DNA of 64,000 bases. Origin: a virus. The position numbers were made by a program, and so were the translations under genes. Positions within the stretch are counted from its first letter, which is position 1, and the number at the start of each line of letters is the position of its first letter. The stretch is from IMG/VR virus record IMGVR_UViG_3300018877_000004, positions 5,500-69,499 of that record; one strand, given 5' to 3'. Below the pieces are notes generated by a model. It made no database searches, had not been told where the DNA came from, and saw nothing but the letters and a program-made list of their open reading frames with translations. Positions 35,401-43,900 of the stretch are shown here, piece after piece.

Positions 35401-37664
35401 AGACGGGTATATCGTTCTTCGTCTATACCTTTGTCCTGTGCTAAAGCTTCTAAGGCTGCTAGCTGCTGCTTGGCCTGCGTCACGGCATTATCATTAGCTG
35501 CCTGAGTCTGCTGCACCTGTCTTTGAGCAGCAGCACGGCGATCGAGCAATGCTTCTTCTTCTTTGCGAATTGCAGCGAGTGCGTCAGCATCTTTAGGATC
35601 GACGGCAAGTTTGCGTTTTTCAATTTGAGCAAGCATTGCATCAATTTGCTTTAGCTCATTGATCGCCCCGCCGCCCGCCTGGGTTTGTGTTCGTAAATCC
35701 AGCGATTGCTTTAGAACATCTTGAACTCGCTGCCCAAACTCTGCGGCGGCTTGCAATTGATCTTCTATTTGCTTCTCTGAGTTGGTTGGCAGTGCCAAGA
35801 AATCATCAGGCAAGCCTACACTGGTATTCAAAAAAGTATTGAAATCATTAAAGCGATGCTTTAGGCCATCAATCCAGCTTGTTGGCGGCGGCTTGTCCGG
35901 GAAGATTCGCGCCATGTCGGGAACGTTCCGAGTGGTTTCGCTCAGCTTGAGCAAAGAATGATCAAGTGAGTCGATCGATTCCCGTACCTCTGCCCCGCCG
36001 TCCTTTGTAATGTCTAGAATTTCGTAGAACAGCGTCAACGCAACATAGGCAAGTCCGGCTTGTGCAGCGAGTTTGCCTATTTGTCCAACCGTCACAGAAA
36101 TTTGCTTGCCAAACAACTCCATCGCGATCGAACCTTTGCCCCCTTGTGAGATAAATCCTGCAAGCACGGTTCCCATTTTTCCGACAGCACCCGCACCGCG
36201 AAGCGCGGATGCGACTAAAATCGCGTCGATCGCGGTTCCGAATAAAGCTGCATTGTTTGCACCAAATTCAAGGGCTTTTGCAAGCGCTTCAATTGCAGGC
36301 GTACCGATGTCTAGAAGGTCTTTTCCTAATGCAACTGATACTTCACCCAAAGCATTGTTAAAGCGATTGACTGCTGCTGTACCTGAAGTCATTGCATCAG
36401 TTACACCTGACTGCGTGACTGATGCTAGGGCAGCAGCAAATTTAGGAATAAAGTCGGCTGAAGCAACGTCGCCTGCCGAAATTAATCCTTTAACTTCCCC
36501 CGATGTGACGCCAAGTGCTTGCGCTGCGGCATCTAGCGCACCGGGAATTCTTTCCGATAGCTGATTGAGTTCTTCGAGTTGAACCGTGCCACCCGATAAA
36601 CTTTGCCGCAGCGCCAAGAATAGGCCGGATGTTTCTTCGGCAGACAAGCCCATCACGGAGGCTGCTTGCGCAACATCGGTAAAAGTTTGACTGGTTTTGT
36701 CAGCATCAAACCCTGCTAAAGTCGCCGCTGCCGAAAACTGAGCAAAACCTTCACTAAGCGCCTTAAAATCCAGTCCGAGATCGTCGGCTGTTTGCCTGAG
36801 AAAATCAAGATCTTCTTTTGCTCCCCCTGCTGAGGTTGAGGTAAGTTCAAGACGATTGTTTAGGGATTCAAATTGCCGCGCTGCATTAAAGTTCTCTTCA
36901 ATTCCGCCGAACACTCCGTCAACAATATCGGAGATGTTCTTCCATTGATTGAAGAGGATCGCGGCGTCGCCCAGATCTTCCATTGCCGACTGAAAGGTTT
37001 CAGCTGCCCCAATGTATTTTTGAAGCTGCTGCCCAAACTGCCCAACTGAAACCCAAGCAGAGTCAATGCCCTTCTTGGCATCGCCTGCACCATTCGACAA
37101 TCGATCGAACGCCCTGCCCGCTCCTTCTGCAAGACTGGCGAATGGTGCGAATGCTGCACCTGCTGCTCTCAGAGAGCTAGCAATATCTTCAAGAAAATAG
37201 CTGACTAACTTGAGGTTGACTCTCAGTGTTTCGAGCGCACCGCTAAAAGCTACAATCGCACCTTGAGCGATCCCTTGAGCGATCGCCAGCGTCTTTAACC
37301 CTGTAGAGGCAAGACTCAAAACCTCTAGACTGCTAGAAACCTGTCCTAGCCCCAGCGAGGATAAAGCCTCTGCCTGAAAATCAGGGATCGGGAGTGCGGC
37401 AAGACCACCAATCCCGTTTTTTAGGTTTTCAACTAGCGAGGTGGTGAGCTTGAATTCATTGCCTAGCCGATGGGTATCGTCAACTAGTCCAATGATGGTT
37501 GAGCTTAGAACCTGTAACCCTGCACCGCTAAAGCTTTCGCCTGTAGAGATACCTTGGATTGCTTTGGCGACAAATTGGGCTTCTCGCGTTACTCCGCTTA
37601 GCTCTTTGCGTAGCGGGCTGGAGTCTGCGGATAAAACAAGATTGAGGGTTCCGAGACTTGCCAC
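32475..37664 (-). CDS. Tail tape measure protein (1729 aa)
   Basis: LGTLNLVLSAD start; ALRQSLSGGTVQLEELNQLSERIPG tape-measure domain; long helical repeats; follows the G/GT chaperones. Confidence 0.93.
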   Translation of the reverse strand: MASLGTLNLVLSADSSPLRKELSGVTREAQFVAKAIQGISTGESFSGAGLQVLSSTIIGLVDDTHRLGNEFKLTTSLVENLKNGIGGLAALPIPDFQAEALSSLGLGQVSSSLEVLSLASTGLKTLAIAQGIAQGAIVAFSGALETLRVNLKLVSYFLEDIASSLRAAGAAFAPFASLAEGAGRAFDRLSNGAGDAKKGIDSAWVSVGQFGQQLQKYIGAAETFQSAMEDLGDAAILFNQWKNISDIVDGVFGGIEENFNAARQFESLNNRLELTSTSAGGAKEDLDFLRQTADDLGLDFKALSEGFAQFSAAATLAGFDADKTSQTFTDVAQAASVMGLSAEETSGLFLALRQSLSGGTVQLEELNQLSERIPGALDAAAQALGVTSGEVKGLISAGDVASADFIPKFAAALASVTQSGVTDAMTSGTAAVNRFNNALGEVSVALGKDLLDIGTPAIEALAKALEFGANNAALFGTAIDAILVASALRGAGAVGKMGTVLAGFISQGGKGSIAMELFGKQISVTVGQIGKLAAQAGLAYVALTLFYEILDITKDGGAEVRESIDSLDHSLLKLSETTRNVPDMARIFPDKPPPTSWIDGLKHRFNDFNTFLNTSVGLPDDFLALPTNSEKQIEDQLQAAAEFGQRVQDVLKQSLDLRTQTQAGGGAINELKQIDAMLAQIEKRKLAVDPKDADALAAIRKEEEALLDRRAAAQRQVQQTQAANDNAVTQAKQQLAALEALAQDKGIDEERYTRLKQQFEAALTQAEQEKAALDGLASTTTKVAENAVTDFQKSNHEIEASYNQRQAAIAESLAKNEITEEQSREQSLQAEQEYLQKRLELNQSLLEKLRTELEKNQQLKLRDPDDAILTADQEKQYAEQVKQLELETAQTRIQIAQNTREGKQQALEDELKGIEQANSEAEAAVRQSQSERTAAIRQQQLAGTVGEEEAAAKIAEIQRDSIAEQIDLERDKLAQLAELEAAGTIPAEEAAKRRLDIQSEISDLSLQQIEAELDARLEAERKAADEAKELRDSVNIDATRETTQVRVRQAGGEINEAEAAAEIAEITANATARQIELVEQRLGVVRRGSDEEKDLTRELADLQQQSAEQEIARQEQVKQARLEAIERANQQAEAAIDQGETAEITAIRELQAQRVISAEEAETRIAAMRQRTVALQIALTESEIEQVRQLRAEGVLSEEEAIERLSDLSGELGELNQQRVENEIDAQERLKQARLDAMESANRQAEAAIDQSQTTGVTAIKSLQAQRIISEEEATEEIAALQQEALDQQIAQTQEQIAEIQQLRSEGILSEEEATDRLIDLNGELGDLNEERIDAEIDSQERLRESRIKSLNEELDFKRKSAEADQGLNQIAIDSIKNENNLLSAQSSLLEAQSGLAEQRLQYALEDAETAGNSAQADQIRQQILSQQTVAQEKQFAIARQQLELKREQVALESQQRQIQADIAITEAEVALSTAAINGENQQVIAGLERILDLRRQQRKAVNDQNRAQERSLELEQQTLTTQQQQTREQQARQRAQSNNRNSGSGSGSGDQPGSGSGSSGGSRSSGSSFGSRSGLAPSRSLVSRESLVAAMGAGSMPANFSYGGIGGSRTQQAEWRTPEWSDGRSTPVQSPSAASTMAASRQLSPLQLQGLSQVGLQRNAQANRAAQPQTTGTLTASQFNSGINQLSQRIVQLANAPRAVTLQTPEPVRDYQRISSDLMSSRARAAGI

Positions 37665-37693
37665 AAAGTTTGCTTAAAGACTTCGTGGCTAGA

Positions 37694-37701
37694 ATTCCTA
37701 C
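37694..37701 (-). promoter_or_regulatory. Late promoter motif GTAGGAAT
   Basis: 30 nt from the tape measure start at 37664. Confidence 0.7.
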
Positions 37702-37716
37702 CTAAAAGCGATCGAG

Positions 37717-38187
37717 CTAGGGCGCATCACCCAGCGTTAAGACAACCTTCCAATCCTGCTGCTCAAGCTCGTCAAACTTAAACGTTAGAGAACCGCGATC
37801 GCCACTTCCAATCTGAACGGTGTAAAAGTCTGATTTTGGTATGCCTTCAACCTCAAAAGGGAAGCTACAGGTAATTGGCACTCTGCCAGCTAGATGTGCT
37901 GCTACTTGCGGATCTTGCAATCCTCTTTGCTGTTCTTCGCTCAAGGTTTTCGCGGTCGCACTGCTTTCCTGAAGCGTTCCACTGCCTACGATTTCGCCCG
38001 ATGCATTTTTGACGACGACCTGCAATCCCACTTCGATATCGTCATAACCTGTTGGCGCAGTGCAGGGCTGTCCATCGTACCCCGGTGCAGCGCTAGGAAA
38101 GAATACCTGTCCACTCAGATGCTTAGATTGAGCAGCGCAGCCAGCCAAAAGAACCAAGGCAGCGATCGCAGATGCTTGAGCTTTCAT
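37717..38187 (-). CDS. Lipoprotein inserted in the tail operon
   Basis: MKAQASAIAALVLLAG|C lipobox. Confidence 0.75.
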   Translation of the reverse strand: MKAQASAIAALVLLAGCAAQSKHLSGQVFFPSAAPGYDGQPCTAPTGYDDIEVGLQVVVKNASGEIVGSGTLQESSATAKTLSEEQQRGLQDPQVAAHLAGRVPITCSFPFEVEGIPKSDFYTVQIGSGDRGSLTFKFDELEQQDWKVVLTLGDAP

Positions 38188-38276
38188 GAGGAAGATAGGA
38201 TCGACCCCTTTAGTATGCTTGTCGCCAGATAAAATTCTGCAATCTTTGGCTGTGAAATTTTGATGAAAACAAGAGG

Positions 38277-38651
38277 CTACGAATTTATATACTTCTGATA
38301 CGCCGCAGCATACACCTCTTGGATGTCAAATTCTTGTTGCGCTACAACCGTCCAAGGCCGTCCTGCCACTCGCGTTCCGTCGCGACGTGTAAAACCTTCG
38401 TGGACGTAGGCGGTGTATGCGACATTCCAACTATACGCAGCTTCAAAAGGATTATTGAAGACCATCAGTTGACTCGATCGCAGTTGTCCCGTGTCCACAA
38501 TGTCTCGCGTGTCATCCCATCCCGCCCACGATCGAGGCTCTGAGATTACGCGAGTCATAGCAGCGCCAAACTGAAAAGCAGTCTCAACAAATGCCTGCTC
38601 TGCCGCTCTATTGATCTCGGTGATATTTAGGCTGAGTTTATAGCTGCTCAT
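38277..38651 (-). CDS. HK97 gp10-like tail completion protein
   Basis: VDTGQLRSS...YTAYVHEG...RPW motif. Confidence 0.8.
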   Translation of the reverse strand: MSSYKLSLNITEINRAAEQAFVETAFQFGAAMTRVISEPRSWAGWDDTRDIVDTGQLRSSQLMVFNNPFEAAYSWNVAYTAYVHEGFTRRDGTRVAGRPWTVVAQQEFDIQEVYAAAYQKYINS

Positions 38652-39033
38652 GGTGCTGCGGCTCGAATTAGTTTCATATCGATTTCAGCGATCGCCCAAC
38701 TCGGAATGCGTTGTTCATTGGCTAAATCCAGCCAAATTTGAGCAACTTTGGGATCAATGATCGATCGGGCTTCTTCGCTGTAAAGAACGGCGGCGTAGGG
38801 GTTGAACATTTCTGAGTCAATGTCTTTGACACCCTTACTAGCAGCAACCATTTGCCCAACAGAAGCGATCGGAATGGCGGCACGGTTGGCAGCTTCAAAG
38901 TCACGACGATCGAGTACATTCAAAGCATCCTCAACCTCAATCAGCGAACAATCCCCAAACCTCTCTTCGCCAAAGCGTTTCTCACTGGGATATGCCAGCT
39001 TCAACCGCCAATAAATCTCTGTCCAATCTATTT
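38648..39033 (-). CDS. Tail assembly chaperone, T part, reached by -1 frameshift
   Basis: The -1 frame after A AAA AAG reads EIDWTEIYWRLKLAYP, continuous with track ORF 38648..39004. Confidence 0.75.
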
Positions 39034-39432
39034 CTTTTTTTTAGCAGGCTGATTTTCGGCTTCTAGTTCTTCAGGTGATTTGTGCCGTCTGTGTTCAGCC
39101 ATAAAAAACTCGTATAGAGAATCCAGCATTTCCATATCTGGTTCAATTTCTACCGCTTCTCCGTCCACTACTACAGGCCAAACGGAGGCTTGAGTTTTTG
39201 CGAGATCCCAGTTGCGATCGAGTCTGGACTGAAACAGGATCGTGACTACACGCTGCTTTAGTACCAAATCTGCTTGCAATTGTGTCAGGTCTTTAAATTC
39301 GGCCTCAGATTCAGCAGCAAAATCGCGCATGGCGTGTTCTTCGGCTACGGTCAAACTGCCTCGCTTCCGAATTGTGAACCCACCCACCTCGACAGTTTCA
39401 ACGGGCTTAAGCGTTTTGTAGGGCAGGGGCAT
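39028..39432 (-). CDS. Tail assembly chaperone G
   Basis: Between the tail tube and tape measure genes; ends in a slippery AAAAAAAAG. Confidence 0.8.
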   Translation of the reverse strand: MPLPYKTLKPVETVEVGGFTIRKRGSLTVAEEHAMRDFAAESEAEFKDLTQLQADLVLKQRVVTILFQSRLDRNWDLAKTQASVWPVVVDGEAVEIEPDMEMLDSLYEFFMAEHRRHKSPEELEAENQPAKKKK

Positions 39433-39631
39433 AGGGGAGAAAAATCTTGTAAGTTGGGCTTTCTGTGACGCGAGGAAGCTGTACGGTGTAGCGATCGTTG
39501 GTGTCGAGGTCTACCAGGTCACGATTTCCTGTTTGACTGCTATCAGTCATATAGATCGCGACCTGGATACCATCGGGCTGCAACGTACACCCACAGCAAA
39601 AAACACCACGCGACTGCAATGAGCGAATCAT
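39407..39631 (-). CDS. Small hypothetical protein
   Basis: ATG 2 nt after the tail tube stop. Confidence 0.5.
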   Translation of the reverse strand: MIRSLQSRGVFCCGCTLQPDGIQVAIYMTDSSQTGNRDLVDLDTNDRYTVQLPRVTESPTYKIFLPYAPALQNA

Positions 39632-39633
39632 CC

Positions 39634-40332
39634 TTAGACGATCGCCGTTGGGTTAACCATTGACGGCTTACCGTTGAAGGCGGCGTCAATATTTCCGGTG
39701 ATGATGCCATCTGCCGGGGCGGATAGCGGCATTGAGGTAATCGACCCTGTACCCTTGTAGACTTTGCCCTTGCTGTAAACAGTCGGGCGAGGATTGGGCA
39801 ACTGCATCCAGAAATAAAGTTGCTGGTAGCCCTCATTAAACCAATGCTCAGCGGTGGCGTAGCCTGCATCGAGAGGCGACCAGTTGCCTTGCATGTTTAA
39901 CCCGATCGAAATCGTTGTGGTGCGCCCGGACTCGTAGGCATCGTCATCAAACGTCACGGTTGTTACTCGGTTACCAGAACGATCAAGGTCGGCAGTGGTA
40001 CGAGCGCGAAGCTTGAGCGGATATTCGACCGTCGAACCTGCCACGATCGCTTCTGGTAGCGGCTTGACTGATAGTGATGTATCTCCGGCATCAGCATCCG
40101 CGTCAAGCTGTACTAGAACCTCATAACCCAGCGCACTAACGGCGTTAATGTAGCTGTCTTTGGGTACAAAGCTGTCCGCAGGCAGTGCAGGCGTAACCGT
40201 GATGGTGGTTGCCCCTTTTGCCGCTGCCGATGCCGTTGCAGTAAATTCAGTCGGCTCTGTTTCGATACCATCGGGAAGCGCAGCGAGCCACAGTTCTACG
40301 CCTTTACCTGTGAAGAAAGGGGTCTTTGCCAT
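39634..40332 (-). CDS. Major tail tube protein with an inserted beta-sandwich segment
   Basis: Position in the operon; C-terminal YKGTGSITS...ADGII...F.GKP tube motif. Confidence 0.75.
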   Translation of the reverse strand: MAKTPFFTGKGVELWLAALPDGIETEPTEFTATASAAAKGATTITVTPALPADSFVPKDSYINAVSALGYEVLVQLDADADAGDTSLSVKPLPEAIVAGSTVEYPLKLRARTTADLDRSGNRVTTVTFDDDAYESGRTTTISIGLNMQGNWSPLDAGYATAEHWFNEGYQQLYFWMQLPNPRPTVYSKGKVYKGTGSITSMPLSAPADGIITGNIDAAFNGKPSMVNPTAIV

Positions 40333-40365
40333 TGCAGAGTCTTTAGAATTAGTTCTGCGGGCAGT

Positions 40366-40373
40366 GTTCCTAT
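40366..40373 (-). promoter_or_regulatory. Late promoter motif ATAGGAAC
   Basis: 34 nt from the tail tube start. Confidence 0.55.
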
Positions 40374-40810
40374 GCTTCTCTCAGCAGAGTTTGAGTAAGA
40401 ACCATCGATAAAATTTCGATATTGCCAAGCTCTACGATCGGGATCTGACGCCGAACGCTGCCACCTTGCAGTGACCATCCAGGCAGCGTGATCATCGTCT
40501 CCAGGATTTTTGATAATGCGCCCAGCGTGTTCTGCTCAGCACTCCACTGTTTCAACAAAATCTGAACCGTGTAAGTTTCCTCGAAAGCATTGCCCATCAA
40601 GGGACGCAGCGGCACATCAGGGCGGAACACAAGCACACACTCTAACCCCTCTGCTTTAGTTCCAACGATTGGGCTGGTGTCGGTTCCCATGCTCAGCACG
40701 ATCGCAGGCGTGGTCTGCCCGTTTGGGAAAACATAGATCCCCAGTTCATCACTCAGCGCTGTCTCGATCGCTGTCCTCAGTCCGATCAGATCCACCTCTT
40801 CCATCACCAA
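40370..40810 (-). CDS. Tail terminator-like protein
   Basis: 146 aa, directly upstream of the tail tube gene. Confidence 0.6.
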   Translation of the reverse strand: MVMEEVDLIGLRTAIETALSDELGIYVFPNGQTTPAIVLSMGTDTSPIVGTKAEGLECVLVFRPDVPLRPLMGNAFEETYTVQILLKQWSAEQNTLGALSKILETMITLPGWSLQGGSVRRQIPIVELGNIEILSMVLTQTLLREA

Positions 40811-40994
40811 GCCTCATAATAATTAGGGATATTGGGCGATCGTCCGCACTGTACTCGATGATTTCTGCTCTGGTTGCCGTCGCCTTGGTAGCAGGTAGCC
40901 CGTCTGCGCCTTCATACCGGACGATCGCATACTTCCCGCCATTGGGTAGCGGATCTTTTTCGGTTGCTTCAATCCGTTCGGTGGTGTCATCCAT
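40749..40994 (-). CDS. Small acidic protein directly after MuF; candidate immunity protein
   Basis: Overlaps the MuF stop; 81 aa; PNGGKYAIVRY...ATRAEIIEY. Confidence 0.55.
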   Translation of the reverse strand: MDDTTERIEATEKDPLPNGGKYAIVRYEGADGLPATKATATRAEIIEYSADDRPISLIIMRLGDGRGGSDRTEDSDRDSAE

Positions 40995-43900
40995 TCGGGT
41001 TGCCTGCGTTCTCGATGTCTTTCAGAATTCGTCTGCGTCTTGCTTCCAGTCGATCGACTGCAATCCCTCGCTTTTGTCCGCGTTCTCTTGCTTCAATTCG
41101 CTTTTGAATTTCTAAATTAACTTCTGATAGTTCACCCTGAAGTGCTGCTAATCGTGCGATTTGGGCTTGCGCCCGATCGACCTCACCCTGTCGTCTGCGC
41201 AGGCGATCGTCTTCTTCTGCCGTCACTCTTGCCGCAACGTCAATCTGAGGGATCTGCAAGAATTCTCGCAACTGCTGATTGTATTGCTCTAGCTGCGATC
41301 GCAAGTCTGTCACGCTCAGGGCGCGACCATCCACCTCATAAATTAGCGCTGCCCCTTGATCGCGTTCACTACGCTGCTGGAGTGCCGTGGCAATGGCAAG
41401 CGCATCTTCAATCTCACGAGCGATCGCTGCTTTGGTCTGTGCTGTTTCCTCAGCAAAGCCATCACGAGCGCGTCGGTACAGTTCAGACTGATCAATGATT
41501 TGGCGCGGGTCAACATTCTCATCAGTTAGAAGCAGGTTGGCAAAGTCTTGGTTGAACTCTGCCAAATCTTCGATCAACTGATTGCCCGATCGCGCTACAT
41601 CGATCGCTCGAATCCGCTCTGGCGTCTTCAAAAGCTGTTGAATCTGGCGATCGCTTAACCTGCCCTCATCCGCCAACTCATCGCGCAACTGCTGCCACTG
41701 AGCGATTTGGGCAGCGGCTTGAGCGGTCGTAGCCTGTGCAAGCTGATCCGGGTAGTCAAGCTGCTTTTGAATCGACTGGATGCGCCCGTTTACCTGTCCG
41801 ACTAGCTTTGCTACTTCGTTGGCGGCAGACTGTAAGCGCTCGTTTGGCGTCTTCCCCGGCTGGCGCTCCAAGACGATCGCCAAATCTGAAGGCATCGCCC
41901 CTTCTTCCCAGTTGCGACTATCCAGCAGCCACGCGACTGATCCGGGACGGAGAGAGGCAAGGATCTGTAGGTTGGTGCGAACGGTTTCGACATCGCGGCT
42001 AACGATCGCTTGCAGGTTGTTAATCGCTGATTGCCGCTGAGTGCTGTAGTTGTCGGATAGCTGCTGTGTGGTGTTAGCACGAACCGCAAGCTGTGAACTC
42101 AATTCAGCGCGTAACTGTCGATACTGCTCAACCCGTTGCGGTAGCTTGCCTTGAGCGTTGCGGGTGCGCCTAATTGCACTGTATCGATCGCGCTGTTCTG
42201 TGGTTAAATCCTGAGTTTTGGTAGGCAGTCCATTCAGGCGTTGCAGCAGATCGTCTAGTTTGTCACGACTAGAATCGAGTCGCGCTGTCAAAATCTCCAG
42301 TGATTCTGCCGCCTGCGATACTTGTCGAATGCGCGGTTCTAAATCTTGGCGGTGCAAGTCTGTCACGCCCACGCCTGTAGACTGTGAGTTCACTGCTGCC
42401 CGCAATCGCTGCAAATCTCGCAACGCCTGCGATTTTTCACTCGATCGCGGCAAGTCCAGTAACTCTTTTTCTGCGGCTTCTAAATCCTGCTTTAAGCCTG
42501 TGATCGATCGTTCTACATCCCGCCGTTCTCCCTCTGTCTGCAAGGATTCGCGGCGAGTGCTGAGGTCGTTTAATGTCCGCTGTAATTCTGCGCTGTTGGT
42601 TCGCAGCTTCATTGCGGTCTGCTCAATGTTCTCGATCGCCTGTAGCTGCTTTGACGCTTGCTTGAGTTGCGCCTTAGCCGCTCGAATCTGCTGCGGTACG
42701 GTCGAGAAGTAGGGCGGATTGAGTGGATTAAGTAGCTGTGCCGCCCGCTGCTCGATCGCTTCGATTTGCGCTTCGACTCGGTTGATCGCCTCCTCTTGGA
42801 TGCGAATTTCCTGAGACGCTTGTTCCTGCTGCACCGCTGTGCGTGGCAAATCCACTCGATCGAGTGCCTGCTGAATTTTCTTGGTGCTGCGTTGCGCTGT
42901 CGCGAGTTCGTTAGCCTGCTCTCGCTGGGTGCGAATACGATCGGCAAGTGTGGCGTTGGCACTGCGCAAGTTTTCAACAATTTGCGGGCTGCGTGTATCC
43001 GGTTGTTGTGGCTCAGCGGATTGAGGTTGAAGGACACCTTTGCGAGGATGGCGATAGTCAAAGATGCGGGCGATCGCTTCGTAGCGGGCGGGCGCAAATT
43101 TCTTTAGATAGTCAGGATTTAAGAAGAACTCTTTCACCGATTCAGCAAAGTCGCGATCGGGTCGGTTCTGATACGCCATGCGCGTCTCTTGCATGGCACG
43201 GGCGTATTCAGAGCGCTCAGGTGGCGTCAGTTGTCCAAACTGCTGATACGCCCTCAGATAGCCAGCTTGCAGCAGCAGATCGTCAATCTTGGCACGTCCT
43301 CCGTAGAGCACGATCGCCCCTTCGTCGAAGGTGACCATGCCATTGACTTTAGGCGTGTTCAGCTTCAGCTTTTTGCGCCAATACTGCTCTGAAGCGTTGC
43401 GCTGTCGAGTGATATAAATGTCGCCACTGCCAAGCGCATTCTCAGGCAAGTCAAGTTCTGCCACCTTGCGCAATAGGTCAAGGGTGGGGCTGTTTTCTCC
43501 TAGTTTGGGGACGTACCAATCGACGCCCTTAAATCGAAAACGATCGAACTGTTCAGCGTCTTTTGCGCCTGGCGGTGTTGCTTCTGCTGTCTCGATCGTG
43601 CCTTGCAACTGCTCGAAAACTGCCTTGCGATAGGCTGCACCTTTCGCCTGTGCAGGCATATCCTGTCGCTTGATTTCATCGATCGCTTGCCGCAGTCGAA
43701 ACTCTGCCAGTCGTGAGGCTCCCCGATCAATCGATCGGGCTTGTTTGTAGAGGTTCCGGGCGATCTTCGTCTCTAGTGCCTGTCGTTCAACGGGTGTCAA
43801 TGGCGCAAGCTCTACGCCTGCTGGCAGCGCCAATCGCGGTAGCTCACCCCGCAGTAGTCCTTTAACGGGTTGTGCTTCAGGTAGTGCCAGCAATGGCTCA

